Below, in pieces: positions 28,801 through 38,245 of a stretch of 64,000 bases of DNA; position 1 is the first letter of the stretch; the number at the start of each line of letters is the position of its first letter. The stretch is taken from the NCBI GenBank assembly GCA_020429915.1, contig JAGQKV010000002.1, forward strand, positions 192,061-256,060. The letters are read 5' to 3'. A program made the translations under genes and the position numbers. The DNA is from Candidatus Omnitrophota bacterium. Lineage in GTDB: Bacteria; Omnitrophota; Gorgyraeia; Zapsychrales; Zapsychraceae. The notes under the pieces were generated by a model that saw nothing but the letters and a program-made list of their open reading frames with translations, did no database searches and was not told where the DNA came from.

Positions 28801-31800
28801 GGAGTCGGAGATGATGCCGCCCTTTCCCGCCTTGGTATCCGCGAATACCGTATCCTTTCCGGAGGCCTCGATGCTGAGATCTCCGCCGTTAATGACGACC
28901 CCGGAATCGATATAACTATGAGTCGTTGTATTCGTGGTGGCGGTGGACCGGTTGGCGCCGCTGGCAATCAAACCACCGTGATAGGCCGAGGCGTATGAGC
29001 GTGTGCCGGTATCGTTGTTGGCCTTGACCTGAGTGGAGTTGCTCATCGTCAAGGTCGAGTTGCCACCGATATAGCTGTACACGCTGCCTTCATTTCGCGC
29101 CTCGGCCCGGGTGGCATCGCCACCTAATAAAAATCCTGAGGAGGCAAAGGCCTCTGCATTGGCGGAGGTCCCGTCTCCGTCACCCTGTTCCGCGAATACC
29201 AACAGGTCTTCGGCCTCGATCGCGACAATCTCTCCGATATAAGCCCGAATTTCGGGGCTTAGATCGACCTTGGAGTTCGAGAGGCCGACCGCGAATCCAC
29301 CGAGGCTGATGCCGAAAGTGTAGGCATCACCGTTTCCGTCGGCCGTTGCCCGGACGGAGATTCCCTCCGCCACTTTCAGCGTAGCACCGTTACCGATATT
29401 GGCTAAGACTTCGTCGTCCACTTCCACCAAGGCGTCTAGTCCCAGACCGGACAAAACGCCCCCCGAACCGCCATAGGCGTTACTCTCATAATCAAAGTCG
29501 CGCTTGGCCAGTAAGGAAACGTTGTTAACGACTTTTTCCGGAAGTATTCCGATGCGGGTGTTGGCTCCGATATGACTTCGGGTGACACCGAATTGTTTAA
29601 TCTTGGCTATAGATGCACCTGCGGTTCCTAAAGATAAACGGTATCCATGTGCGTCCGCATCCACCTTGCTGTTGAAATCGGCTTCAAGAGTCAGGTTGTT
29701 GGCTTCAACGATCTGCGTGTTATCTCCTAGCAAGGTCTCGGTGCTATTGTTGGCTTCAAACTCCGCTACCGCTGCCCCAATGGTTACACCCCCGAATTGA
29801 CCGGCAAAGCCCAGTATCTCTGAATCTTCGATGTCGGTTTCGGCCTTCAAGGTGATATCGTTGCCGGCGGTAAGTTTGGCGCCGGCCCCGGTAAAGGCCT
29901 TTGTGGCCCCGTCGGTATTTCCGACGGCCACACCCGCCCCGATGCTGAGACCTCCAATGTCCGCGACACCGGCGGTTAATTGTAAGGCGTTAATGTCATG
30001 GGCCTTGATCCGAATATCGCGGCCACTATTAATGACGGCGTCGGAACCGACATAGGCCGTGGTGTTGGTGTCCTCAGTTTGGTTTTGATCGAAGGAATCA
30101 TCGACGGAGATGCTTTCGTTTTGCGTCTCGGCGTTTATGTCCGCGAAGATATCATCGCGGCCGGCCTCGGTCTGAATACTGTCCGTCGTGGAACCCTGGG
30201 TGTTTGCGGTCTGCATGGTGGTGCCAGCTGCCTCGTTCCCTTCCCCGGTTAGATTGCTGGCAATCTTGGCCACCGAAACGGCCCCGCGCACACTGCCGAT
30301 ACCGGCCCCGGCATTGACACTCAGCGAATCGATGGACTTGTCGGACTCGGCCTCGACGTGAATATCCCTTTTGGCATAGACCTCCGATCCGGCCTTGATG
30401 GCCGCGGATGTCGAGGTACGGATGGTGGCCACATCGATCGAGGCCCCCAAACTCACCGCTCCCCCAGAACCGCCGCCGATATCGTCATCGATCTTCGAAC
30501 GGCTCGTTGCCGTCACGTGGACATCCTGCTCGGCGGCTGCCAAGGTTTGGTCTTCATTGATGATGGTGGTGCCTTCCGCTTCTTCAATATAGGCCTCGGT
30601 CGCGGACTTGATGATGTTGGAGGCGATCGCGCCGGCGGCGCCCACGTACTTACCCAGGGCGGCGCTCACCACGTAGGAGGCAATTTCCTGATCCGCATCT
30701 GCCGTGACCCATAGCTGATCGTGGGCGGTCACCCGTGAATCGGTAATGCGGGCAACGGTGTCATTTTCGATTTTAGAGACCATCACCGAACCGCCCACGC
30801 CTCCGCCTCCGCCGACCGCCACGGCACCAGCCAGTACACCGAAGCCGTCGCCGTCGGCGCTCTTGCCGATCTTGACGGTGTTGTCGGCGGTCACCGATGC
30901 ATTGCGTCCCGCCGTTACGGTGGAATCTTCGATATAACTCTCGGTGGTCGTGTCGGTGTTTAGAATCGGGACCGATCCGGCGATCGCCGCTATCGTGGAA
31001 CCACCGCCGCTGACCACCACTGAGCGAATTCCCTCTTCACTGACGGCATCCACCGTTACATCCTGTTTGGCCCGCACAAGCGAGTCCCCCGAAATGTAGG
31101 CCTTGGTGGAATTCTTAATCTTGGTGATATCCACGGTGCCTCCGAACCCGGCAAAGTTCAGACCGACGGCCAGAGCACCGGCCTTAACATCGACATCGGT
31201 GCTGTTAAAGGCCCGGATAACCGCCGACTGGCTGTCGGCGACATCGGTCGTTTGCACCGCGTTCAGTTCCGCATCGTCGACATAGGCCTCGGTAGTGTGT
31301 TCCACCTCGGAATATGAAACGGCGCCGGCAAAAGCCCCGGTGCGCCCGCCGCTGACATTCATACTCCAGATATCATGGTCTTCGGAAGACTCGGCGACAA
31401 TACCGATGCCGTTCAGGTCCACCGTGTTACCGGTGCCGTCGGCCTTGGAGATCATAAGCGCCTGTTGACCGTCCGCGTGCAGATCGGTCCCGCCGGCGGC
31501 ATAGGCCTTGGTGGTATTCTTGGAGATATTGACACCGACCGTTCCGCCGATCCCGGTCGCGCTGGCCTCTTTTCCGGCCAAGGCAATGGCCAGCCGGCCG
31601 CCGTAGAAATTGATGTCTTCCGCCGACTCGGCGTGGATGTAGATGCTGTCGTCCGCAGTTAACTTGGCATTGTTGGCATACGCCAAGGTCTCATTGGTCA
31701 GCTTGTTGCCGGCCGCGGATCCCGCCACGGACCAGCCGCCCGACACGGACCCGCCCACCGCCACGGTCTCGATCTCCGCGTCCGATTTGGCGTCCACGAT

Positions 31801-34800
31801 CACATTGCCGCCAGTGGAGTCCAGTTCGGCCGTCTCGGAATAGGCCCGGGTCTTGCTGTCGATTTCATTGTAGGCCGTGGAAATGCCGATCGCATTGGCC
31901 TGACTTAACCCGACATCACCCGCTCCGGACCCGATGCGTGAATCGTCTTCCGCACGAACGGCAATGTCCCCTTCCGAATCAACACTGCGGCCGCTGTCTG
32001 ATTCATCTTGTATATACGCATCTGTCTCATTGGTGATTTCATTGATCGTCACGGCCACGGCGGCGGCCATAAAATCGAGGCTCCCTCCGATCGCCGCGCT
32101 GACCCCGATGATGTCGGCCATGTTTTTGGCGAACAGGTCGATGCCCGCCTGTGTGCCGAGATCACTGTTCAGCAGGTACGCATCGGTTTCATTGCCGATC
32201 TGGTTATAAGAGAATGACGCCCCGACACCGGCCTTGGACCCGTAGGAGACCGAACCGGCCACGGCCACGATCGACGATACATCGGTCGCGGTGAGCCCGA
32301 CGGTCGTGGGCCGGAGGATCGAGGCGGCGGGATCGTCCTTCAGAGTGGACCCCTCGATATAACTATTGGTCTTGTTGTGGATTTCGTTGACGGCCACCTG
32401 GCCTGCGATAGCGATCCCGGAGCCCGCCGGATTGTGGGCGACGGAACCGCCGGCCGCCACGGCGTCGATATCCGCTTCGGACTTGGCCTCGAGATTGACG
32501 GCGGCACCATCCGCGGTCACCTGAGATGAACGGATGAACGCGTCATTTTGCAGTTCGATGGTATTGACCGTGGCCGCTCCCGAGAGTCCGGTGGACGTGG
32601 TCCCGGCCCCGGCTACGATGGTGGCGGACCCCGTCACCCCGTCGATGGCGCTGTTGTCCATGGCCGACAGGTCGATCTGTTCGGCGTTCACTTCGGACTC
32701 GTTGATGTAGGCGCGGCCTTTGTCCGAGATGGTGTTGTAGGCGACGGCACCTGAGAAGCCCACGCCGTACTTGCCCGCCCCGCCGGAGGCCGCTCCCCCG
32801 CTGCTGGTGGGCGACTCTCCGGCCGGACTGACCACGGCCCCGGCCAGCGACCAGGAACTGATGGACCCCTCGTTGGCCGCGGCGACCTTGAGTTTACCCG
32901 ATGTGTTCACTTCGCCGTCCGTATCATCGGTGTGATCGGCGTTGCCGGTGTCGTTTCCGATCACCGCCTGGGTATTGCGGTCGATATCACTGAGGGAAAT
33001 GGTGAATCCGACGCCGACCGCGCCGCCCTTGGTGATGCCGCCGCTCACATTGTACAGCTGCGCTTCGTCACGCGCCTCCACGATGACGTTTTCGGAATCA
33101 TCCCCCGCCTCATTCCACGCCCCGGCGCCCGTGGTGATCGCGGCGCCGTCATCGATGAGGGCCAGGACATCATTGTCGACGTCGAGGTAACTAAAGGTGC
33201 CGCTCACGCCGTATTGACCGGCCTTGCCCCCGGCCTCGGCGATGGCGATTGTCCGGGCCTCTGAATCGGCCCTCACCTTGAGCTTGTCCGCGTACACCTG
33301 TGCGCTGTTGTCGATGACGGCCTCCACCACCGATCGGTATTCGTTTTGCAGATACGCCCCGCCGACACCGGCCTTACCGCCACCGACTCCAATTCCTTTA
33401 AGTCCGAACACGCCCGACAGATTGACCGTCTCGATGTCCGCCTTGGCCTCAACCTTGACGTCCTGGGTCCCGGTCCGGAAGCTGTCGGTTTGATTGATGA
33501 GCTCCTGGTCCTGATTGATCCGCGCGCTTTTGCCGATGGTGGCGGTGCTCTCGGTGTCAAATCCGGCGAAGTTTCCGGAGCCGGAGACACCGATATCCTC
33601 AACGGCGGCATTGCTCTGCGCCCAGGTGGTGAAGAATCCGTTTTGGATTCCAATGTTTGTGTTGAGTTTGTCGGTGATATCGGACACGCCGCTGATCTGA
33701 TGCCACTCGATTTCATAGGGAATCGACACGTCGGACAGGACATGGATGAGTTGTCGAGCATCCACTTCGGCATTGTTATTGACGGCTGCCGCGGCATCGT
33801 TTTCATACAGCCCGACGGCCACCGATCCCGCAAAGGCTTTGCTTTTCTGGGCCGTGAGGCCGGAGTCCACCGTGGCGACGGTGCTGTTTTCGACAACATC
33901 CGTAATGAGCGATTCAACGTTGACATTCTGGTCCGCTTCCACATCTGCGTTGCCGTTGATCTCAGCGGTGGCTGTGTTGTGATGTTTTGAAATGGACAAA
34001 GCCGCGGACAGGGCAAAATTCGCCTTGGACTGTTTGTGCGTTCCCTGGGTTTCCCGTCCCAGGGCCTGATTCCAGCGGTCCTTGGCTTCGGTGCCGCGTC
34101 CCTTTCCTAAACTGATAATGCTTCCCCCGAACAAACCGCTTCCAACCGCGGACGTGGCGTTGGCATCGTTCTTTAGTGATGATATTTCCGATGTTACGAC
34201 AACGTTACCGCTTGAGATCAGCTCTCCGTCGACCTTGGCCGTAGTAGTGAAGTTCGATTCCGAATAGGTCACCGAGACCCCCAGGACGCCGTCTTCATAT
34301 GCACCCACGGTGGCCGCCGCGTCCAGTGATTTATCGGAATACGCCTCGACGTTGATATTATTTCCTTTAATTGTCGAACCCGATTGGATGTCTGTCGTAG
34401 CGGTGCTGTTGACCAGAACCACCGTGTTAGCCAGATCCGCCTTGGTCCCGGCCGACGAACCGCTGAGTTCGCCTAAATTGAACGTGAAAGACTTCATGCT
34501 CATTAGGACGTCCGTCTCAGATTTTACGGTGACATCACCACCGGCCGAAATGAGTGCACCGTCTTGAATTGTCACACCGGCAATGGCATCTGCTTCGCCG
34601 TAGGCCACTGAGGCGGCGATGCCCGCGGCATCCAAAGTAGAATTCGTCGTGGCGGATGAGCGGGCTGTGAAATTCTCCGAAGCCGCGATGTCCGCATGGC
34701 CGATCATAATGTCGGAGGTCGAGTCCTGATTGGTGATCGCCCCGAACAAGAACACGTCATTGATGAAATCGAGCGCGTCGATAAAAAAGTCGCTGGCCTG

Positions 34801-36264
34801 GTCCGGGCTGTCAAAACGCCCAAAGGTATTGGCTTCAGAAATCAGGGAGACATTCTTTCCCTTGATAGTCGCATTCCCAACCGTGATGCCGGAGTTCGCC
34901 ATGGATATGTTTGAGATAATTACCTGACCGGCCTGATCGGCGATGGCCTCCAGTGTGACGTCTCCCGCGTTATGCCCGTTATCGGCGTAGGCCGTGAGCC
35001 AAGCGCCGTCGTTCACATTGATTTGGTCGGCCTCCAATCTGAGATTTCCGGAATCTCCAACGGAGGTCCCCGTTTGATGATTGGAGCCGATGATATCGCG
35101 TGTTGAAAGCAGGACATTCTCATGAATCGTAATTCGTTGGTCGGCTTCCATTGTTAAATCGGCACCATCGGTTAAGTGGTCCATCATCACATCCAACGTA
35201 GGGGGGTCGATCAAAATACTTCCCTTACGCCCGTCATCGGATCTGGCGCTAAGGTGCCCTGACCACAGTACGTTATTCCCGGCACTGAGTTCAATAAATC
35301 CCCCATCTCCGGAGATCTCTCCCCCACTGACGTCAACCATGCCAAATTCATCCAGCCGTGCGTTTTGTCCGCCCCACAAGTAAATCTTGCCGCCCGAAGA
35401 ATTCTCTTCCGCCCCCTTGGCCGTCACCAGGGATCCGTCCGTGAGTAACAGGTCACGGCCCGACGCGATGCTGATGTCTCCGGCGTCCGAACCCGCTGCG
35501 CCGTCTGCGCGCACCTCACCGGATATTTCAATGTCGTTGAGCGTCACGATTTCGATGACCCCGCTGTCATCGACGCGGATATCGGCCCCGGCGCTGGCGC
35601 CGTCGATATTGATGATATCCCCCAAAGTGGGCACGGCAGCAGAATGACCGGCCCGGACCTGTCCCGCATGGTCCACCGATCCGGCCGCGATGCGGACCGC
35701 ATCCAGCGCGTTGATCTTGCCTTTGATGGAGATGATTCCGTTGTCGGACAAGGGGACGTCACCGGCCAGGACCGCGCTGATCGCGGCTGAGGATACGGTG
35801 CCCGAGGGGGAGACGATGCTCTCCAGGAATTCCTTTGTGGGCGTGATGGCTGTGAGCGATCCGACATTGATCACACCTTCCGCCCCGACCACCAGGCCGT
35901 GCGGGTTCAGGAAGAAGACATTTCCGCCGACGGCCCCGTTGGCAATCGAAGTGAGGACCCCGTCGATGTGTGAGGTCCGGTCGTGGACCAGGTTCAGCAG
36001 ATTGGTCGTTCCCGCCGGCAGATGCAGGTTGACGGTGTTGCCCTGGTGGACGTCAAACTTGGAGAAGGAGTTCAGCGCGTTGTTGCCCTGGCGCGTGGCG
36101 GTGAAGACGTCGGTGGTCTTCCCCTTGATGTCGAGCGTCGTCTGCGTCCGGCCGTCGGTCACGATCTGCTGGGCGGCCGCCAGCGAGGTTTGCGAAACGA
36201 TGAGACAGGCCGCGGTGAAGATGGACGTGAATTGATGAAGCATCGAATGTCTGCGCATGATCAA
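22804..36264 (-). CDS. giant TpsA exoprotein (filamentous-haemagglutinin/FhaB-like adhesin), 4486 aa
   Basis: Signal peptide, then a TPS (haemagglutination-activity) domain: NALNSFSKFDVHQGNTVNLHLP...NLVHDRTSHIDGVLTSIANG...GGNVFFLNPHGLVVGAEGVINVGSL. This is followed by thousands of residues of Gly/Ala/Ser/Thr-rich beta-helix repeats, an internal coiled coil, and an acidic C-terminal tail. Confidence 0.9.
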   Translation of the reverse strand: MIMRRHSMLHQFTSIFTAACLIVSQTSLAAAQQIVTDGRTQTTLDIKGKTTDVFTATRQGNNALNSFSKFDVHQGNTVNLHLPAGTTNLLNLVHDRTSHIDGVLTSIANGAVGGNVFFLNPHGLVVGAEGVINVGSLTAITPTKEFLESIVSPSGTVSSAAISAVLAGDVPLSDNGIISIKGKINALDAVRIAAGSVDHAGQVRAGHSAAVPTLGDIINIDGASAGADIRVDDSGVIEIVTLNDIEISGEVRADGAAGSDAGDISIASGRDLLLTDGSLVTAKGAEENSSGGKIYLWGGQNARLDEFGMVDVSGGEISGDGGFIELSAGNNVLWSGHLSARSDDGRKGSILIDPPTLDVMMDHLTDGADLTMEADQRITIHENVLLSTRDIIGSNHQTGTSVGDSGNLRLEADQINVNDGAWLTAYADNGHNAGDVTLEAIADQAGQVIISNISMANSGITVGNATIKGKNVSLISEANTFGRFDSPDQASDFFIDALDFINDVFLFGAITNQDSTSDIMIGHADIAASENFTARSSATTNSTLDAAGIAASVAYGEADAIAGVTIQDGALISAGGDVTVKSETDVLMSMKSFTFNLGELSGSSAGTKADLANTVVLVNSTATTDIQSGSTIKGNNINVEAYSDKSLDAAATVGAYEDGVLGVSVTYSESNFTTTAKVDGELISSGNVVVTSEISSLKNDANATSAVGSGLFGGSIISLGKGRGTEAKDRWNQALGRETQGTHKQSKANFALSAALSISKHHNTATAEINGNADVEADQNVNVESLITDVVENSTVATVDSGLTAQKSKAFAGSVAVGLYENDAAAAVNNNAEVDARQLIHVLSDVSIPYEIEWHQISGVSDITDKLNTNIGIQNGFFTTWAQSNAAVEDIGVSGSGNFAGFDTESTATIGKSARINQDQELINQTDSFRTGTQDVKVEAKADIETVNLSGVFGLKGIGVGGGKAGVGGAYLQNEYRSVVEAVIDNSAQVYADKLKVRADSEARTIAIAEAGGKAGQYGVSGTFSYLDVDNDVLALIDDGAAITTGAGAWNEAGDDSENVIVEARDEAQLYNVSGGITKGGAVGVGFTISLSDIDRNTQAVIGNDTGNADHTDDTDGEVNTSGKLKVAAANEGSISSWSLAGAVVSPAGESPTSSGGAASGGAGKYGVGFSGAVAYNTISDKGRAYINESEVNAEQIDLSAMDNSAIDGVTGSATIVAGAGTTSTGLSGAATVNTIELQNDAFIRSSQVTADGAAVNLEAKSEADIDAVAAGGSVAHNPAGSGIAIAGQVAVNEIHNKTNSYIEGSTLKDDPAASILRPTTVGLTATDVSSIVAVAGSVSYGSKAGVGASFSYNQIGNETDAYLLNSDLGTQAGIDLFAKNMADIIGVSAAIGGSLDFMAAAVAVTINEITNETDAYIQDESDSGRSVDSEGDIAVRAEDDSRIGSGAGDVGLSQANAIGISTAYNEIDSKTRAYSETAELDSTGGNVIVDAKSDAEIETVAVGGSVSGGWSVAGSAAGNKLTNETLAYANNAKLTADDSIYIHAESAEDINFYGGRLAIALAGKEASATGIGGTVGVNISKNTTKAYAAGGTDLHADGQQALMISKADGTGNTVDLNGIGIVAESSEDHDIWSMNVSGGRTGAFAGAVSYSEVEHTTEAYVDDAELNAVQTTDVADSQSAVIRAFNSTDVDVKAGALAVGLNFAGFGGTVDITKIKNSTKAYISGDSLVRAKQDVTVDAVSEEGIRSVVVSGGGSTIAAIAGSVPILNTDTTTESYIEDSTVTAGRNASVTADNTVKIGKSADGDGFGVLAGAVAVGGGGGVGGSVMVSKIENDTVARITDSRVTAHDQLWVTADADQEIASYVVSAALGKYVGAAGAIASNIIKSATEAYIEEAEGTTIINEDQTLAAAEQDVHVTATSRSKIDDDIGGGSGGAVSLGASIDVATIRTSTSAAIKAGSEVYAKRDIHVEAESDKSIDSLSVNAGAGIGSVRGAVSVAKIASNLTGEGNEAAGTTMQTANTQGSTTDSIQTEAGRDDIFADINAETQNESISVDDSFDQNQTEDTNTTAYVGSDAVINSGRDIRIKAHDINALQLTAGVADIGGLSIGAGVAVGNTDGATKAFTGAGAKLTAGNDITLKAETDIEDSEILGFAGQFGGVTIGAAVAEFEANNSTETLLGDNTQIVEANNLTLEADFNSKVDADAHGYRLSLGTAGASIAKIKQFGVTRSHIGANTRIGILPEKVVNNVSLLAKRDFDYESNAYGGSGGVLSGLGLDALVEVDDEVLANIGNGATLKVAEGISVRATADGNGDAYTFGISLGGFAVGLSNSKVDLSPEIRAYIGEIVAIEAEDLLVFAEQGDGDGTSANAEAFASSGFLLGGDATRAEARNEGSVYSYIGGNSTLTMSNSTQVKANNDTGTRSYASAYHGGLIASGANRSTATTNTTTHSYIDSGVVINGGDLSIEASGKDTVFADTKAGKGGIISDSAANATSSLTTNVNSYVGNGTGNVITADTFSLLSDYFGTFNARSDSINASVLGASGARATNTVNTSVTADIRPNNVIFAKELKAKANTDLDKNGVGQNVASGSGGVFDLPAAKSTSSITNRTQALIGQNTMIHVGVPEAENVVNDVRDTVESGDLVLSATSDVSATDRVKLSAGGGIAVAKSESELKNDIHENRVEVGTNANLISQGNIILATRGNVNLDADAKTKTYGVAGGASGEALARTNVYNDTIVRPGVVIRSDKDIHLYAGRDEYGRQNSISTRARVDINNKTAIPINGSPDAEARTVTTNDIFVDTTADVGALNDVYMYANNGSLNSDGYGTATDLWKEIVGFFSKLFGGSGSTKTTKRNNTTSGSAVVTVLGKVKAGFKNKQYLIIGANGDVLRQDEGVTFFETVENLAENILNEIERYEELKNEYSELDDTRLAYENEIVRLKQSLAELNQLSEGEAQYVSDVEFINVDDAYAQSGDMYVLADRLVGTGILEAPGDTEIRIVNHSPKYLRTNRLTIPDDDNGGTFLFNNRPVSDNQDISVINNGAAAAFSSVVTADNSAEPLIHVEATYNPDAPQNVNNPFPAPTIEVVGNITNLDGTVAIKNSAGSIHVKANINANTIDIESGRDFVLSFIDGFFHAGGDPKSHWEDVAEASEASRTDRAVNGVRSANGQSAIIAGNNVFLSARYLNINGLIQSGVPDQALVVPANLQLLDELGNLQTIDWARADFIQRRFIDLDPEASPFYRVASSGNIEAFYNVEMDRIELEGVRVEGGRMEIFGHILNTGGSAGQLKVIDGFGRINIVNNSAHDMVLNRLDTGKGIEGILRITDLGRRTADGLPLETIYTHIGDNVQVVDSMTRDGDGNPNNLANTISGRLAEYAPLEDQRYVWTTGQNFIVRKRRVYKGFGFWNTPILFGDTQYDTETTIPLDNVPLLEGDYLAFDQANASGYIYDFENRSLSDYKLTNSRQYSRVTWRAFVFGVLDYYRELTYEKGTKDFHVHSIKADHPIGIEFTGYDSSAIDVLSNGGLLINGKFNNKTGDTNLTSLQGAINQLNTNVEIKGNNVSLSAGSGIGNLSTVRVDEEFVLNAQSAAGDIRIEEIFGDVVFDQITTGNGNVSVMSDKGILAAGPSSLIAGNFVNLDAFDGSIGESGRPIRLDTGTTEASGLYAIAPGSIYLEEIQDDLQVVQVRSLTGDVEIGVDNGSLVDYNFNDQRDTRTEAELVAFWEDMDLRLEDGAIEAADIEVQAFKDRKEQEYQDYWSVRSRQTDPTAHDPDFVVTLTAEERAAFADNQGWDEQQINAYESELTDNYQALAAEYGNTAFDPQYEYTITQADIDTIQDGAVWTEDELRYSIVGDVFKEVSDTETLIEEANIIGKNIVLNISGGLGQDNGEEVILLNDGEELTREQQIIMTAAEKDDFTVLDDRIIIQNRSDVDVQADSVIIHAGDKVFLGGETDLNLDEIVAGDNVRIKGALGVYDVSLDSAPTITGNDLIIEAAEDSIGLVSRPVTTDLFDNARFTARAGDNIFVKELAGNLNLDTVFAPNTVNLSAAGAITDANGNPIDNIRATSLFLNANAVGSETNPVEFALDPAGFLKGVSTGDLYLVHTTEDELNLDGLITSGDIQLTAVGNIADFGQNATLDIQGDHIQLTSILGQIGEAGNRLETGANRLTATAPKDIWLHEIDGDVALNSVFSTQGDVDLRAGGSMSDGSDSEDANITANNITLLSDAGAIGEEDDPLDIDMSWSQPGLLNAHASGDIYLTETDGDMVIDGATVRSEKGDVGLKAVNGSILDSDLSNKNINIFGRKVSLVAEQGAIGEKDNRLVVDSRMFLNMFAKTGITAEERFGDLVSQQIEIIDRGLIALTVPDGNVIADVLYSPGDVSIIIPGDNNVTVGNQDLEFTAYVAFTLNQNLEALGVRPVSGSLRPGVGFSDTTRILGLTLVDNPGMAANITPGMMASPVYFYHQLEEEGVDGFDLSPEMYEFIEKLRESE

Positions 36265-37937
36265 AACCTCGCTTGAACGTAGTAGTGAAATCTGATGTCG
36301 TCTTCGTTAAAGGGATGGTCCAGGATCGGCACCCCGAGGGTCAGTTTTCCGGAGACGAATTTGGTGATATCAAAGGTGAGCCCCACGCCCACGCTGGCGA
36401 TGGCGTCTTGATTCTCATTCTCGACGTCCCCGATCAGGCGGAAGATATTCCCGTGGTCCAGGAAGGCAAAGAAGCGCGGCTGCCGGACGGCGGGGACATG
36501 CTGCAGGACCGCCAGCGGCGCGTCGATCTCCAGCTGCACGGTGTACCCGTTGTCGCCGATCAGCATCCCCTCGGGAAAACCGCGGACGGTCGCGATCCCG
36601 CCGGCCTGAAACTGTTCGGAAGACGGCAGCAGTTCGTCGCTGGCCAGCTGCAGCTTTCCTCTTAGCTGAACATAGAGGTCCTTCTCCTCGTTCAGGCGCC
36701 AGCGAAAATCCACGTCCCCGTTGTATTTGACGAAATACCGGTCGCCCTGGTTGAATTCGTCGAAGCCGTTGGTCAGCGTGTGGCGCGTGTAGGCATATCC
36801 CTTGTCGAGAAACAGCAGGGCGTCGACGCCCATATTCAAGGTCAGCACGGTCCCTTCATACGTAAACAGGTTATCAAAGGCATTGGTCGATTCCTTGTAG
36901 TCGAAGCGGGCCACGCCCTTGACGATGCGGCGGTCCTCCACGATCAGCGGATGGCTGCCGTAAACCCCGACATCGGTAAATTCCCCGACCACATCGATCG
37001 CCTGCAGCGGCCCGGATACGATCTCCGTATCGGAAAAGTCAAAACTGACCCCCAGGCGCGTGTCCATCGTGTTGACCGGCAGGTCGTAGGAGACAAAGAA
37101 GTTCGACATCCCCTCGGCAAAGACGCCCCCCACATTGAAGGCGTCGCGCACGCCGAACACGCTGCGCATCGTCGCGTAGGTGCCGTAACGGTACAGGCCG
37201 ATCTCGTCGCGCCCGGCATTGTCCGTGAAGACCAGGGCCGAAAAACGGTTTGGTTCGTCCACCACGATATTGACCAGGCTGGTGGCGAATTTGCTGCCCG
37301 GCTCCAGGGTCGAGCGCACGGAAATATCGTACAGCGAACTCATCCGGACCAGGTCCTTTTCCAGCTGCCCGAGGTCGATGATCTCTCCCTCCTTCTGTTC
37401 GACGCGTTTCATGACAAAAGTCCGGCGGGTGCTCTTGTTGCCTTCGACCCGCAGCCGGTCCACGGTCGGTTCGATCAGCTGAACATCCACACTGCGGTCC
37501 ACGATTCTTTGCGGCGGCAGGATGGCGCGGGCCAGGGCGTAACCCTGCTCCCGGTACAGCGTATTGAATTGGTCGAGCATCGCATAGAGTTCCTTGATGC
37601 TGACCTTGCGGTTGAGATAGGGACGGATCACGGACGAGATCTCTTCGTCCGACAGGATCTCGGACCGGCTGACGCTGATATTCTCGACAAAGATGACCTG
37701 CTGATCGCTCAGGCGGTTGATTTCGGGTTCGATCTCGGGAGCGGATATGACCTGGCGGTCCTGTGTTTCCTTTTTCCGGATGGTGGTGCGGATGTCCTGT
37801 TCTTGCCGTTCTTCCTTAAAGCGTTCAGCGGTGGGGGCCGGGCTGATGCCGAAGCCGGCCTGACTTTGCGCCCGGACGGCCGGGACACGGGCCAGGAGCG
37901 CTAGGATGACGAGGACAGGAAGGTAATGAATTCTCAT
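36261..37937 (-). CDS. TpsB transporter (ShlB/FhaC/HecB family, POTRA + 16-strand beta-barrel)
   Basis: 558 aa, signal peptide, C-terminal ...FHYYVQARF with an aromatic last residue. The stop overlaps the TpsA start by 4 bp (36261-36264), suggesting translational coupling. Confidence 0.85.
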   Translation of the reverse strand: MRIHYLPVLVILALLARVPAVRAQSQAGFGISPAPTAERFKEERQEQDIRTTIRKKETQDRQVISAPEIEPEINRLSDQQVIFVENISVSRSEILSDEEISSVIRPYLNRKVSIKELYAMLDQFNTLYREQGYALARAILPPQRIVDRSVDVQLIEPTVDRLRVEGNKSTRRTFVMKRVEQKEGEIIDLGQLEKDLVRMSSLYDISVRSTLEPGSKFATSLVNIVVDEPNRFSALVFTDNAGRDEIGLYRYGTYATMRSVFGVRDAFNVGGVFAEGMSNFFVSYDLPVNTMDTRLGVSFDFSDTEIVSGPLQAIDVVGEFTDVGVYGSHPLIVEDRRIVKGVARFDYKESTNAFDNLFTYEGTVLTLNMGVDALLFLDKGYAYTRHTLTNGFDEFNQGDRYFVKYNGDVDFRWRLNEEKDLYVQLRGKLQLASDELLPSSEQFQAGGIATVRGFPEGMLIGDNGYTVQLEIDAPLAVLQHVPAVRQPRFFAFLDHGNIFRLIGDVENENQDAIASVGVGLTFDITKFVSGKLTLGVPILDHPFNEDDIRFHYYVQARF

Positions 37938-38245
37938 AAGCTGTTATCAGTACGATGCTTTCGTCTTAGGTGCAAAACAGGAATAGTAGTTTAACACAAT
38001 CGAAACCAAAAGGGTGGAAAAAGACGGGCCCGCCGGGAGCAGGCCGAAGGCGGAATGTGAATGTATCTCATTGTGTCTCAGGAGTATGCGAAGGACCCCC
38101 TCCGCCCCCGGCGGCAGGACAACGACCGGTCAGGCTGGGTACGTGGAAATACCGACGTAATTTGAGGAGATTGCCTTAAAATCAGGCAGGTGTTGAGACG
38201 GGCCGGCGGATGGAGCAGGCAATCTGGTGCACGGGAAATTCAATT

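Noticed and set aside
22888-36276. Many long plus-strand ORFs (e.g. 22888-25212 774 aa, 33346-33990, 35690-36235) inside the TpsA region
   Set aside because: They are antisense to a 13.5-kb GC-rich repetitive gene. They are Arg/Gly/Val-rich with no motifs, the expected artefact of high GC and repeat structure.
37938-38245. tRNA or other RNA gene in the larger intergenic gaps (also 44093-44383, 59679-59906, 61656-61928)
   Set aside because: No cloverleaf-compatible acceptor or T-arm (GTTCRANYC) pattern found. The gaps contain promoter modules or repeats instead.
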